DNA of 63,268 nt, the filler included, from Octopus bimaculoides (taxonomy: Eukaryota), in assembly GCF_001194135.2 (NCBI RefSeq). It is 5 parts of 4 records of this genome, joined end to end, with 100 filler letters (N's around TTAATTAATTAA, not from the genome) between each part and the next. Parts side by side here need not be neighbours in the genome. Positions count along the whole stretch, not along the records: positions 17,899 to 35,520 come from NC_069008.1; positions 35,621 to 57,739 come from NC_068981.1; 3 more parts are not named here. The stretch is one strand, 5' to 3'. Every line of letters starts with the position of its first letter. Position 1 is the first letter of the stretch. The notes beneath the pieces were generated by a model. It saw nothing but the letters and a program-made list of their open reading frames with translations. It was not told the DNA's origin and did no database searches. Positions 26,496 through 39,150 of the stretch are shown in pieces. Position numbers and translations under genes: made by a program.

Positions 26496-27090
26496 TGCTC
26501 GGGGGCTTATGTACTATACGAAGTAGTCTGCAGTAAATGTGGCGCATCCTACATAGGGAGCACCACTAGGAAACTACACGGTAGAATAAAGGAGCACCTG
26601 CATATGGACACTTCAATAAAGAAACACGTTAGGAAATGTCAAGCCCAGAATTTCAGTGTCCATCAAGGCAGCCAACGTAACAAGGGCACTCTCAGAATCA
26701 TCAAAGTCCTCCTTATAAGCAAAGTGAGACCAGCCATGAACAACAGGAAGGAACTACACGAAGCTGACTGGCTGCTATAGCAACACCAGTCAGTGAATGT
26801 CACCTTCCTCCTTCCCTACACACAACTTTTCACAAATGTCCTGAAGAAGGAATCTTGACCCCGAAATATAGAAATACAAAGTAAAACTGCCATTTGGTGT
26901 TGTTTCTTATTCCTTTTGTAGTTTTCTTTGTAACTCCTCACATTGTTCGAGTCTTCTCTTCTTTTGGACTTTCCTCTGTTTCTGAAGATGAGCTTTGCTC
27001 GAAACGTAAAATCCTCTTTCTTTCCTTTCCTGAGCGTCTAATGAAACATTACTTGTACCACGTCTTCGCGTTGTTGTTTTTTCTTGTTTG
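26496..27090 (+). mobile_element. Penelope-like element relic: GIY-YIG endonuclease 3' end plus pLTR
   Basis: Open frame 26496-26780 VLYEVVCSKCGASYIGSTTRKLHGRIKEH...H...RPAMNNRKEL*; two hammerhead-like cores follow. Confidence 0.85.
26975..27012 (+). ncRNA. Hammerhead-like motif in the Penelope pLTR
   Basis: guuu-CUGAAGA-U-GAGC uuu GCUC-GAAACGUA-aaau; palindromic ACGU stem III; short stem I. Confidence 0.55.
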
Positions 27091-27906
27091 ATCTTTGTTT
27101 GGATTCACTTTATATACGTGTATGTATACATATATGCGTGTATATGTATGTGCGTGCGTGTGTGCACATGCATATATATACGTCACATTTTCTGTGGTTT
27201 CTTATATCTATTAAAATGTCTATTTGCTGAGCACTGTTGTTTATATCCTTCCTGAGAGATTGATGCATTGCTAATCATTATTCATCCTGTCGGATGTATT
27301 TTAAATACATCCATCGAAGCATATGTCGATGACATGAAGATATAAATGACTTAATAACATTTTGAGCATTTGTCACCGTTTTCAATTTTTCCTATTTTCT
27401 CATAGATTCTTCTCTCTTCTCCCCAGAATCAAACCCCACACAAGTTTGACCACTAATTCATGGGACACTTAAGCAACATTTGGCTACCTTGTAATTATTC
27501 CCTGGATCTTTCCTATGTATTTATGTATGTATGTATGTATGTATGTATGTATGTATGTATGTATGTATGTATATGTATGTTTGTATGCATGCATGTATGT
27601 GTGGTGTATGTATATATGTAATGTATGTATGTATATATGTTTGTATGTATGTTTGTATGTATGTATAGAATGTGTATCTCTGTCTATTTGTGTACTGAAA
27701 GACCCTTTAAACAACTATAGCCAATGCTGTGTAATAAAGCAAATAAATAACCGAATCAGAGCAAATTCTCAGTTGATTGTCCCCTGCTGACCCCTATCCC
27801 TTATTAGGGCGAATGTGACCTTGCCTGCTATTAACTAGCTCAGCTGGGGTTTTTCTCTGTTAAACATGAATTCCTAATTCGTCCTCTTTTTCTCCTTATC
27901 TTTCAG

Positions 27907-27937
27907 CGCTCTGCCCTGATGGAAGTCTTTGTCAACA
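27907..27937 (+). CDS. LLTP exon, 5' fragment truncated by a 10-N gap
   Basis: Long polypyrimidine tract plus tttcag|CGC; RSALMEVFVN fits the segment expected after AFRRIPC in this family. Confidence 0.65.
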
Positions 27938-28489
27938 NNNNNNNNNNATATATATAATTTTATTATGTTGATTCATAAGTATTAAGGCACATCAACTCAA
28001 GGGACGCCAGATATGGCTAGATACAGCAAAATGGAGCTCAATTTGAAATAAATAATATTGAATACTTCTAGTGTTGATAGGCCACGGCAGATATGCAAGT
28101 ACCAAATCCAATTAAAATCATAGATCCGACTCAGGGTGGGTTCTTGATGTGGTGAAGGTATAAAACGTAAACACAAATGGCATCTAAATCTTACAACACC
28201 TGTTTACACAGAATTCCTACTTATATGATACAATTATAGAAGATTACCCATAATATAGAATCCACCATCTCCAGGCAATATTTTAACAGGTAAGAGTTCA
28301 ACAGGAAAGATTTTAAACATCCATTGTTGGATCAGTGACTCATTTAAGTCTAACATTTGAATATATAGTATGGTTAAAAGGTATGGCTTAAAGCAGGCAA
28401 ATTAGAAACAGAGCAAGGATGTAAATATACAATCTAGGTTAACTGAATTACGATATGGTTTATATTATGGTTTATAATTCTTATTAGAA

Positions 28490-28655
28490 TGCTGAGCAAA
28501 ATGCTTTAGCAGCATTTCGTCCGTCTTCAAGTTCTGAGTTCAAAGGCCAACTTTGCCTTTTATCCTTTCGTGGTCGATTAAAGTTGAGCACTGGGGTCAA
28601 TGTAATCGACTTACGCCCTTCTTCCCCGAAATTACTGACCTTGTGCCAAATTTTC
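28490..28655 (+). mobile_element. SINE family B (degenerate)
   Basis: GCAAAATGCTTTAGCAGCATTTCGTCC...GTCAATGTAATCGACTTA. Confidence 0.7.
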
Positions 28656-30516
28656 AAATCTATATTATGATGTAATCGTTTATGACTACATAAAAAATTT
28701 CTTCCGAAACAGCTGTCGTAAATTTTAGATGTCATTTGTGAATAGTTTATATACATAAACACACACGCATATATGTATGTATATACATATTAATATGTAT
28801 ATATATATATATATATATATACTTGTATACATGTTTGTGTAAATGTACATATATATATATANNNNNNNNNNNNNNNNNNNNNNNNNNNNNNNNNNNNNNN
28901 NNNNNNNNNNNNNNNNNNNNNNNNNNNNNNNNNNNNNNNNNNNNNNNNNNNNNNNNNNNNNNNNNNNNNNNNNNNNNNNNNNNNNNNNNNNNNNNNNNNN
29001 NNNNNNNNNNNNNNNNNNNNNNNNNNNNNNNNNNNNNNNNNNNNNNNNNNNNNNNNNNNNNNNNNNNNNNNNNNNNNNNNNNNNNNNNNNNNNNNNNNNN
29101 NNNNNNNNNNNNNNNNNNNNNNNNNNNNNNNNNNNNNNNNNNNNNNNNNNNNNNNNNNNNNNNNNNNNNNNNNNNNNNNNNNNNNNNNNNNNNNNNNNNN
29201 NNNNNNNNNNNNNNNNNNNNNNNNNNNNNNNNNNNNNNNNNNNNNNNNNNNNNNNNNNNNNNNNNNNNNNNNNNNNNNNNNNNNNNNNNNNNNNNNNNNN
29301 NNNNNNNNNNNNNNNNNNNNNNNNNNNNNNNNNNNNNNNNNNNNNNNNNNNNNNNNNNNNNNNNNNNNNNNNNNNNNNNNNNNNNNNNNNNNNNNNNNNN
29401 NNNNNNNNNNNNNNNNNNNNNNNNNNNNNNNNNNNNNNNNNNNNNNNNNNNNNNNNNNNNNNNNNNNNNNNNNNNNNNNNNNNNNNNNNNNNNNNNNNNN
29501 NNNNNNNNNNNNNNNNNNNNNNNNNNNNNCTCTCTCTCTCTCTCTCTCTCATTCACACACTCCAGGTTTGATTTCGTTCCGAACTCGTACACTTCGTTAA
29601 TTTCCGTAAATAAATTTTCTATTATTTTTTTTTTTATTGGCACGCCGTGTTCAGCTCTATGTATTCGTAGTGAATCACACATTCACATGTATGTTTCTGT
29701 ATGTGTGTGAGTGAAGGGGTGTGTTGTGATGTCTACGTACATACATAAATGCATATGCATACATCTTTTCTGTGTGTATATCTGCACGTGTGTGTATGAG
29801 AGAGACAGAGACAGACAGACAGACAGAAAGAGAGATGTTTCAGTGACTCTCTCTCTCACACACACACTCACACATACGTACAAGAAATGTATGACTATTT
29901 ATGTATGTACGTATAATTGTCGACAGACCCCTTCACTGGCTATATCTCTCTCTCTCTCCGTTTCTGTCTCTGTCTGTCTATCTGTCTGTCTGTCTCTGTC
30001 TGCCTGTCTGTCTCTCTCTCTCTCTCTCACACACACACGCAGCACACACGCGCACGCGCGCATACACACGTGTGTCTTTGTAAATATGTTTGTATATATT
30101 TATGTATGTGTGTATTTGCAAGATACAGAGTGTGAGTGAGTCAAGGGGTGTATTGTCATATGCATCCATCATTTNNNNNNNNNNNNNNNNNNNNNNNNNN
30201 NNNNNNNNNNNNNNNNNNNNNNNNNNNNNNNNNNNNNNNNNNNNNNNNNNNNNNNNNNNNNNNNNNNNNNNNNNAGCTTAGAAAAAGGACGTTAAATGAT
30301 GAGGAAGCTGTTCTTAACTTCCAAAAGATGATTTAATATACCAATATATATATATTTGTCAGTTGCTAATTCATGTACCAGAGACCATCCCATCTTAATT
30401 TGATTGTCTTTTATTAAGCTATGTTCCAAATACCTTCATAATATACAAAATAGAGATTTGTCTTTTGCTATGTTCCAAACAAAATCGTAATATACTAATA
30501 TAGATTTGTCTTCTGT

Positions 30517-30725
30517 AAGGCAGCGACCCGGCAGAATCGTTAGCACGCCGAGCAAAATACTTAACGACTTCTCGTCTGCCTTTACGTTCTGAATTCAAAC
30601 CCCTCTGAGGTCGACTTTGCCTTTCATTCTTTCGGGGTCGATAAAGTAAGTACCACTTGAGCACTGGGGGCCGATGTAATCGATTTACTCTCCACCCCAA
30701 AATACTGACCTTGTGTCAAAATTCG
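30517..30725 (+). mobile_element. SINE family B
   Basis: AAGGCAGCGACCCGGCAGAATCGTTAGCACGCC head and conserved body. Confidence 0.8.
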
Positions 30726-30926
30726 AAATCAATATATATATTTGTCTTTCGTTATGTTGGAAATACCATCTTTATATACAATACCATTATCACAAACTTG
30801 CAACGACGATGATGATGGTGAAAGGTATGTTGATGTTGGTGATGATGATGTTGATGGTAACAGTGATGAGGATGGTAATGATGTATATAATGATGTTGAT
30901 GACGGTGACGATTGACCTAATCTTAC

Positions 30927-31185
30927 GTTTCTGGTTCTTGTAAGCCTATAACCTTTCGGCACATCAACATTCTCCATATAGTAACTGTAATGAGCTGGTC
31001 CCGTGAACGGAAAGTACGGTGCGTCTTTCAGTTGCGAAGCATTGGTGTATCGGATCTCCTGACAAAACTTCAGGCCCAGAAGATGTTCCACACTTTTGTC
31101 AGTGCAGACCTTTGACTTCTGGACGTTGTCTGTTATTAATTGAAGCTCGATTTCCTTTTCTCCTGCCACTGTGTAGAAATCGTTC
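30927..31185 (-). CDS. LLTP exon (DUF1081-like region), minus strand
   Basis: tttcag|G AAC...AAC|gtaaga; 259 nt, phase 2-0; VCTDKSVEHLLGLKFCQEIRYTNAS...APYFPFTGP matches the apolipophorin GLxxC...YFPxTGP pattern. Confidence 0.88.
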
Positions 31186-31749
31186 CTGAAATAAATAAAT
31201 AAAATAAATATATAAACAGATAAATAAATGTGAACCCCCCACACAAGTATGAACATGTTATGTATGTATATTTTTATATAGATAGATATATATGTATGNN
31301 NNNNNNNNGATAGATATATATGTATGTATGTGTGCGTTCGTGTACTAAAAATATTTCATATGTTCATTCAAGCAAATTTGGATCGGCTTGATAACGTTGT
31401 GTTATATATTTTGGGAAATATTGGTATTAATTTCGGATCTTTTTGGTTTGACGGGCAACACTTGTTTTCTTAACGAAACACTTTCAAACTTAGGATACTG
31501 GTAGAATGTGTCATATAAAACATCTTTTTCTCTTAGCCTTCTTAACAAAAATTAGTTCTTAATAAGTTATTTCATGTTAAAGTTGTCGTATTTCTGTAAT
31601 TTCAACCAATCACTGACGTCTATTCAGCTGAATACAGTTAGTGCTCTTTTTATAAACAAGGGATTAACATCTATCCAATATACTGCTGGGAGGGTACACA
31701 ATTATTGTTACACTAGTGTTATACCAAGTGCAATAAGTGGATGCTAGTA

Positions 31750-31855
31750 AAAGGAATGTTTTTAAACTTAAATTTATATAGCAATAAGGAATTTTTTAAA
31801 ACTTAAATTTATATAGCAATAAGGAATTTTTTAAACTTAAATTTATATAGCAATA
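31750..31855. repeat. Minisatellite, 3 x about 35 bp
   Basis: AAGGAATTTTTTAAAACTTAAATTTATATAGCAAT tandem units. Confidence 0.9.
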
Positions 31856-32652
31856 CATGAATTTTGCCAAATTTTGATACAAATATAAAATAAGAGTAAA
31901 AATAAAAAATAAAAATATAAAAATATAAGGCACATAAAAAAAACCCTACAAAAAGTATATAAAACCACATAACTAGTCAAAAAAACTCCAATATACATGC
32001 TTATGCATGTATACATTACCATATGCAGGTATACATGGATACAAAAACATAATTACATGAGTACATATATTTGTGCTCAGATGCACATACACAGATGGCT
32101 GCACATACATACCAAAATAGTCATCATATATATATATCTTACCTGGGGTTTAAAAATCTTATCCCTATAACTAAAACACAAAAAAATCTCTCAAATGTCA
32201 TCATTTCTAAAAATAAACTTGGCATCATTTCTAAAAATAGCCAAACACCTACTGCTGCTGTCCAAAGGAATAGGTATAAAAGGCAAAAAAACCAGCCAGT
32301 CTGTTACAGTCTGTCAGACGAAGGCCTTGATGAATGCCACTAGGTATTAGCCTTTATATATTTAATTCTCTATACTGAATACTCAATATTTCATATATTC
32401 AATAAGACATTCAATACTTCATTTCATTTTACCATTTATTTTTATATTATATATTATATATTCCATATTCTATATCCCACATTAATTTTACAAGAATATA
32501 AATAAAACATTAAAAACAGACAGAGTTGGAACTCTTTTAAATNNNNNNNNNNNNNNNNNNNNNNNNNNNNNNNNNNNNNNNNNNNNNNNNNNNNNNNNNN
32601 NNNNNNNNNNNNNNNNNNNNNNNNGAAGCGGTGATGGGGACAAACACAAACA

Positions 32653-32690
<38 letters not shown>

Positions 32691-33020
32691 ACGGGCTTCT
32701 TTCAGTTTTCGTCTACCAAATCCACTCACAGGGCCTTGGTCAGCCCAAGACTATAGTAGAAGACACTTGCCCAAGGTACCACGCTGTGAAACTGAACCAA
32801 AAGCTATGTGGTTGGGAAGCAAGTTTTTTACCACACAACCACTGTATGCATGCATGCTTGCATGTATGTATGCATTGTGAATGCAAATCTTTTGGGCTGG
32901 GGATGAGCTTTATTGTAAAGTTGGAACACAAGAAGAATAGCAATGGGAATAAAAGCTGCATCAGAAAGTGCAAAAGAAAAAAGTACATCAACTGCAAGGA
33001 ATGTCTGAAATGGTACTTAC

Positions 33021-33188
33021 TTTATAGTCGCGTATTCTATGATATCCTGTGGGAATTTTATTGTCAATTCTCTATTTTCTGATAGGAATTCCACCCCAGT
33101 GCTTGTATGGGCCATACTTACCATCTTCAGGCCCATTTTTGTGAGATGAGCATCAACTGTCATATCTCCAGTCACTTCAATGGCAGCA
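33021..33188 (-). CDS. LLTP exon, minus strand
   Basis: ttttcag|T GCT...ATA AA|gtaagt; 168 nt, phase 2-2; SAAIEVTGDMTVDAHLTKMGLKMVSMAHTSTGVEF. Missed by the ORF track. Confidence 0.85.
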
Positions 33189-33551
33189 CTGAAAATATAA
33201 AATATAACCGCACAAACAAAAATATCATTATTGATCTATATTGAGATTAGGGTCATTGGCTCAATTATTCTACCTCTTCTGATTTCACTGGATGTTTGTC
33301 TAATATTAAATTTTATCTTCAAGCTATTCGTATCCTCTATTCATGTTCGTATTCACTAATACAATTTATATTCATATGTCCAAAAGTGTTAATTCCAAAA
33401 TATAGCCTTTACATGGTAAAGGTTTGATGAACTCTCTTGTAAATAAAGTGATTGTTAAAAATACATTAGACTAACAGTAAATAATTTCAAAATAGGGTAC
33501 AACCAACATATGACTACTTTCAGGAGAGACAGTGCGAAAGATTGAGAAGGA

Positions 33552-33610
<59 letters not shown>

Positions 33611-33822
33611 TATGAAAGATTGAGAGAGAGAGAGAGTAAGAGAGAAAATGAGTGAGAGAGATTGAGAGGGAGAGAGCCAGTGAGAATAAGGAAGGGAGAG
33701 AGAATGAAAGTAAGAGAAAAAGAGTGACTATGAGAGAGAAATAGAGAATGGTATAGAAAGAAAAGAAGAGACCAAAAGTAAATTCTCAAATATACAAGAG
33801 AAAGAACGAAATTTTTACTGAC

Positions 33823-34082
33823 CTAAATTTAATTGCCAAATCGAGACCGTTGTCCTTCCATTTTGTCTGATCATTATTATTGACTGCAGCAGTGGCCTTG
33901 ACATTCATCTCGAGAGGGAAACCAATGGCCGTCGGATATTTCACCTGACTGTTAACGATTTGCATTGTCTTGAAGATAGTTAAGAAGTAAGACCAATTGA
34001 AGAACAAAAACGAGCGACTGGTGTCTCCATAGAAAATCTCGTTGCCAAAAAATCTCAGGTACATGTGAGACTTCCCACGTAG
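33823..34082 (-). CDS. LLTP exon (lipid-binding beta-sheet region, DUF1943-like), minus strand
   Basis: attttcag|CTA...TTTAG|gtcagt on the - strand; 260 nt, phase 0-2; MYLRFFGNEIFY and YPTAIGFPLEMNVKATAAV match the family YLRxFGNE and PTxxGxPL motifs. Confidence 0.85.
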
Positions 34083-34780
34083 CTGAAAATATGAGATGGT
34101 ACATTCAAGTTATTGTACACAGTTCCAATAAGATATATGTGCGCATTACTATATGTGTGTATTTATACAAGAATACGCACATACATACATGCACACACTC
34201 ATACATACTCACGAACGAGGCAATGGTTTCAAATAATTCCATTACTTACATAAGATTCCCTATTTGTCCGGCGATAAGATGACCACATGCGTTCCATCTC
34301 CCGCTCAAAATTTTCTATACGTCCACCGACTTCAAAAATGTTAATGGCATGTCCAAAGAGGTCAAGAGTCAAATTGAGATTAGCCGAACGGGGNNNNNNN
34401 NNNGTAAAATTAGATTAACAATATTTTGAAAAAGAACCTGAAGATGTGTTGGTGGAATTGTAAATATGATGATTACATATATATGTTTATATGTGTATAT
34501 CTATGTATATGTATATATATTATAATCTTCCAATACTGAAACACGTGTAGTTCATAATTAATAATTTCCATTTTAACTTAAGCAGGAGATAATTAAGGAA
34601 GTATATTTTATACCCTGCTGGTATACGGTTTATATCCTTCAAAGTATTATTTATTGATGTGCAAATAAATACCACCAGTTTACCTTCAGATATACTCATT
34701 AGGTTATTATTTTGTATTATCTGAAATAGAATACCCGCATATCTATTTATCCCCCAAATTGAATTTTATGTATATACTCC

Positions 34781-35198
34781 TACTCTTCACTCTTTTACTC
34801 TTTTACTTGTTTCAGTCATTTGACTGCGGCCATGCTGGAGCACCGCCTTTTAGTCGAGGAAATCGACCCCAGGACTTATTCTTTGTAAGCCTAGTACTTA
34901 TTCTATCGGTCTCTTTTGCCGAACCGCTAGATTACGAGGACGTAAGCACACCACCATCTGTTGTCAAGCGATGTTGAGGGGACAAACACAGACACACAAA
35001 CATATACACACACATACATACATATATATATACATATATACGATGGGCTTCTTTCAGTTTCCGTCTACCAAATCCACTCACAAGACTTTGGTTGGCCAGA
35101 GGCTATAGTAGAAGACACTTGCCCAAGGTGCCACGCAGTGGGACTGAACCCGGAACCATGTGATTGGTAAGCAAGCTACTTACCACACAGTCACTCCT
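34781..35198 (-). mobile_element. SINE family A, full length
   Basis: Same family. Partial copies also lie near 10125-10210, 16050-16135, 17010-17210, 32625-32845, 35630-35830, 47150-47290 and 48130-48240. Confidence 0.85.
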
Positions 35199-35520
35199 AA
35201 CAAGTAAAGTTAATCGCCACATCAGAGTGGCTGCTTCATGTTACTACTACTTTAATTCCATGCAGATCTTCCACCAGCTAGCAAGGTGAGCGAACATCTA
35301 CCATCCTCTAGCAGACTATAGGATCGCAAGATTTACTCAATTTCTAGCTGGTTGGCTCATCTTCAGTCGCGAGTACCTGGTCGCCAGAGCAATAGCCAGG
35401 ATCCGCTCCAGCCAGCAATATATTGTAAACAAAGCGACCATCGGCCACTGATTTGCACAAGCAAAATAGCTAGTTGTACAATCTCAAAAGATCCGAGTAG
35501 TAAGTATATTAATAAGTATA

Positions 35521-35620
35521 NNNNNNNNNNNNNNNNNNNNNNNNNNNNNNNNNNNNNNNNNNNNTTAATTAATTAANNNNNNNNNNNNNNNNNNNNNNNN
35601 NNNNNNNNNNNNNNNNNNNN
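35521..35620. other. Synthetic scaffold-join spacer
   Basis: Same 44N/12/44N layout. Confidence 0.9.
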
Positions 35621-36009
35621 TGTGTGTGTGTGTGTTTGTCACCCCAACATCGCTTGACAACCGAAGCTGGTGTGTTTACGTCCCCGAAACTTAGCGGTTC
35701 GGACAATGAGACCGATAGTATAGGTACTAGGCTTACAAAGAATAAGTCCTGGGGTCGATTTCCTCGACTATAGGTGGTGCTCCAGCATGGCCACAGTCAA
35801 ATGACTGAAACAAGCAAGAGAGATAAAAGATATCTATCTATCTATCTATGTATGTATCTATCTATCTCTATATATAATTAACATAATATGGTAAAAATTT
35901 GATATTAATTAATATCAATTTAATACCAGGAAACTAGCACATTAAAAGAATCAGAAGGTTCATGAAAAATTTGTTTTCGAGATCCTAAAAAGATAATAGT
36001 ACTTGTGCA

Positions 36010-36190
36010 TATAAGATTGACCAGTGACCGGTCTGTCAATATGCTAGAAGAAGCTCACTTAAAAAATTCTCAAATACGGATTCAGCGGAGCAAAAACAGG
36101 TGGGCTAGACCAGTGAAAATTGTACATTGAGAATTTTTTAAGTGAGCTTCTTCTAGCATATTGACAAACGGTTCACTGGTCAATCTTATA
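36010..36190. mobile_element. About 180-bp MITE-like hairpin
   Basis: Arms 36010-36073 and 36127-36190 are near-perfect reverse complements (about 3 mismatches) with TA ends. Confidence 0.85.
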
Positions 36191-38145
36191 TCTCTCTCTC
36201 TATATATATATATAATTTTTATTTACTGAGTGGATTATATAACAGTGTGAGATAGCGTTCGATCTTTGTTTTTTTCTCTCTCTTACATTCCACAAAGATA
36301 TCTGTAAAATAATTTCTCCAAATTATAGGCTTAATCAAGCATGGACCTGATCCTCCACTTGCGGAGCTGCAATCCCTCTGATTTTTCTTGACTGATTTTC
36401 ATTTCTGTCACCTCTCGATTCCCCTAGGAATTACCGATCACCTCGACAGGTTTTAATTGTGTTTCCATGGTGTTAAGTAATCATGTGACCATGATCATTT
36501 TGACAGGCTCACATTATTTAGCGGTTGGATAATCCATTATGAACCTTTCTTATATAAACATTCTTTCATTAATAGAATCTCTTGGTATCCAACAATGATC
36601 ATAAATATTGATTTTTACCAACGAATTGTCTTGTCGGTCAGACTAGCAAATTAACAAACTACTTTCTTGTAGTTGATAGTCGAAGGTGTATACCTTTCTT
36701 ATTCTTTAGTTGCGAATCAAACATATGCGAATAGACTTTCTATTACCATCTCACTTCATATTTTCACAACATTTCAGTAAATGATGGCGGTGCGTTGCCT
36801 AGGCGTTAATGTTTACGAGAAAGGGAAATGTGAGAAACACCGGAAGCCCTGTAATAATTGTTCAAGCTAAGAATAGGATATATTATACCAACATATCAGC
36901 TACATGAACAAATATTTTTATAGATAGAAAGTCAAAATAAATTGCAAAACAAAACTGCATTGTATAGCATTTACAAATCAGTTATTATGTATAAAACGCA
37001 TGGACATGCATTGATGCGTAGACACATGTATGCACATACGCACTTATAAGCGAATGTCTAAATCTGTATACACATATTCATAAAAACACACACACAAACA
37101 CATGAAATAAGTATGTGTGCGTGTGGGTGCTTGTGTTTGTGTGTAGATCAGGGACAGAAATTGTGTCGACCTGTAGTTCATAGGTGAGACACTGTGCAGT
37201 TAATTGTCTTGCATCACATGTATAATGCATTCCCTCATGTGACTTTCGAAATAAGTTGTACCTCGCTATACCTTTCTGCCATTTCAATTTACTTTATATA
37301 AAGTCTGGAATTCTTGAAGTAAATCCAGTGGCAGTTGCATTTCTACTGAATAATGACAGCAGGTAACCAATAAATCTAGACCAGTTTTACACACCGACCT
37401 ACAAGTTTTTACCACACACGTGCACGCACACACACACACACACATACACACGCACGCGCACACACAGACACACACACACACACACGCATACACACACACA
37501 CACACATACACACACGCACACACACACACCCTCACACAAACACAATTCAAATGAACAAAATAAACGAATAAAATTAACGGACAAGTTGACGTGCACGAAG
37601 AATGCATTGANNNNNNNNNNNNNNNNNNNNNNNNNNNNNNNNNNNNNNNNNNNNNNNNNNNNNNNNNNNNNNNNNNNNNNNNNNNNNNNNNNNNNNNNNN
37701 NNNNNNNNNNNNNNNNNNNNNNNNNNNNNNNNNNNNNNNNNNNNNNNNNNNNNNNNNNNNNNNNNNNNNNNNNNNNNNNNNNNNNNNNNNNNNNNNNNNN
37801 NNNNNNNNNNNNNNNNNNNNNNNNNNNNNNNNNNNNNNNNNNNNNNNNNNNNNNNNNNNNNNNNNNNNNNNNNNNNNNNNNNNNNNNNNNNNNNNNNNNN
37901 NNNNNNNNNNNNNNNNNNNNNNNNNNNNNNNNNNNNNNNNNNNNNNNNNNNNNNNNNNNNNNNNNNNNNNNNNNNNNATATATATATGTATATATATATA
38001 TATATATATACACGCACATGACAGAATTAAAACAGAAGACATCCCACATAAAACATCGTTTTATGTTTATTCTAACTTGCAAAGGTCTATACATTTTGTT
38101 AACTGACATGTTTATGTTTCAGGTTCTATATTTGACTGTTTAATC

Positions 38146-39150
38146 ATGCCATGTCCCAAAGAAGCCTCAGAACTGTCTGAATTTCAAAGAGGCCGTGTTG
38201 TGGGTCATTCTGAAGGTGGGTATAGTCAGCGTAAAACCTCAGAAAACCTTGTGATCCAGCCTTCTACCGTTAATAGAATGATTGTGCAATTCACCAGAAA
38301 GAGGAAGGAGACCAAATCATCTCGCCCAGATCAACCAGGACCCTATGACAGGACTCTTCTCTTTGCTAAGAGAAGCGTGGAAGATAATCCTCGTTGCAGG
38401 GCCTCTTGCATAGAATAACAAGTTGATATAAGCCCCAGAACATCTGTCAAGTATCTTCACAAACATGACTAGAGCAGCAAGTAGGAAGCCGCTTCTTCGG
38501 CCAACCAATATCAAGCGGAGAAATGATTGGGCCAGTGAGATGGTGGAGAGGCCAACTAGCGTTTCGAGACATTGTCATATTTTCTGATGAGTCCAGATTT
38601 GCTGTATTCCATGATAGTGTTCGAATGTGGGTCTGGAGACTCGGTGATCAAGACTTTGATGTGGAAAGATTGTAGCCAACAATGAAACACGACAGCTACT
38701 CTGTGATCGCCTGGGAAGTAATTTGGAGCAATGGTTGAGCAGAGCTTGTGGAGTGTGAGGGAAACACAAACTCGGACAAATGCGTTCATATTGCAGAAAG
38801 GACTCTTTCTAATCTTCTCCAGTAGTGAAATGATGAGTCTTTATTTATGGAAGATGTGGCTTCTTGTCACACAGCTAAAATGACCCAGGATTTGCTCGAT
38901 GAGAATGGCATTAAAAATCTTCCATGGCCAAGCCACTCGTCAGATATGCACCTTTTTGAACACCTCTGTGACATAATGGACAGGAAAACTTCATAAAAGG
39001 AAAAAGAAAGCTTCTTCAAGACCAGATCTTTTGAAATTACTGCATGAAACTTGGCAAGAAATTCTGCAAGTGAACATTCGTCATCTGATCAGTAACATAC
39101 CTAAAAGGATCCTTGCATTGAAAAATGCAAAGGGCATGTCTACTAAATAT
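38146..39150 (+). mobile_element. Tc1-family (DD34E) transposase pseudogene
   Basis: ELSEFQRGRVVG helix-turn-helix start; FSDESRF; second D (GAT 38853) to E (GAA 38958) separated by exactly 34 residues, including WPSHSSDMHLFEHL; frameshifts and stops elsewhere; TIRs not resolved. Confidence 0.9.

Noticed and set aside
37290-37375. Possible small exon (SGILEVNPVAVAFLLNNDS, donor AG|GTAACC) or a - strand alternative
   Set aside because: Short, weak acceptor, no recognisable homology; needs RNA-seq.
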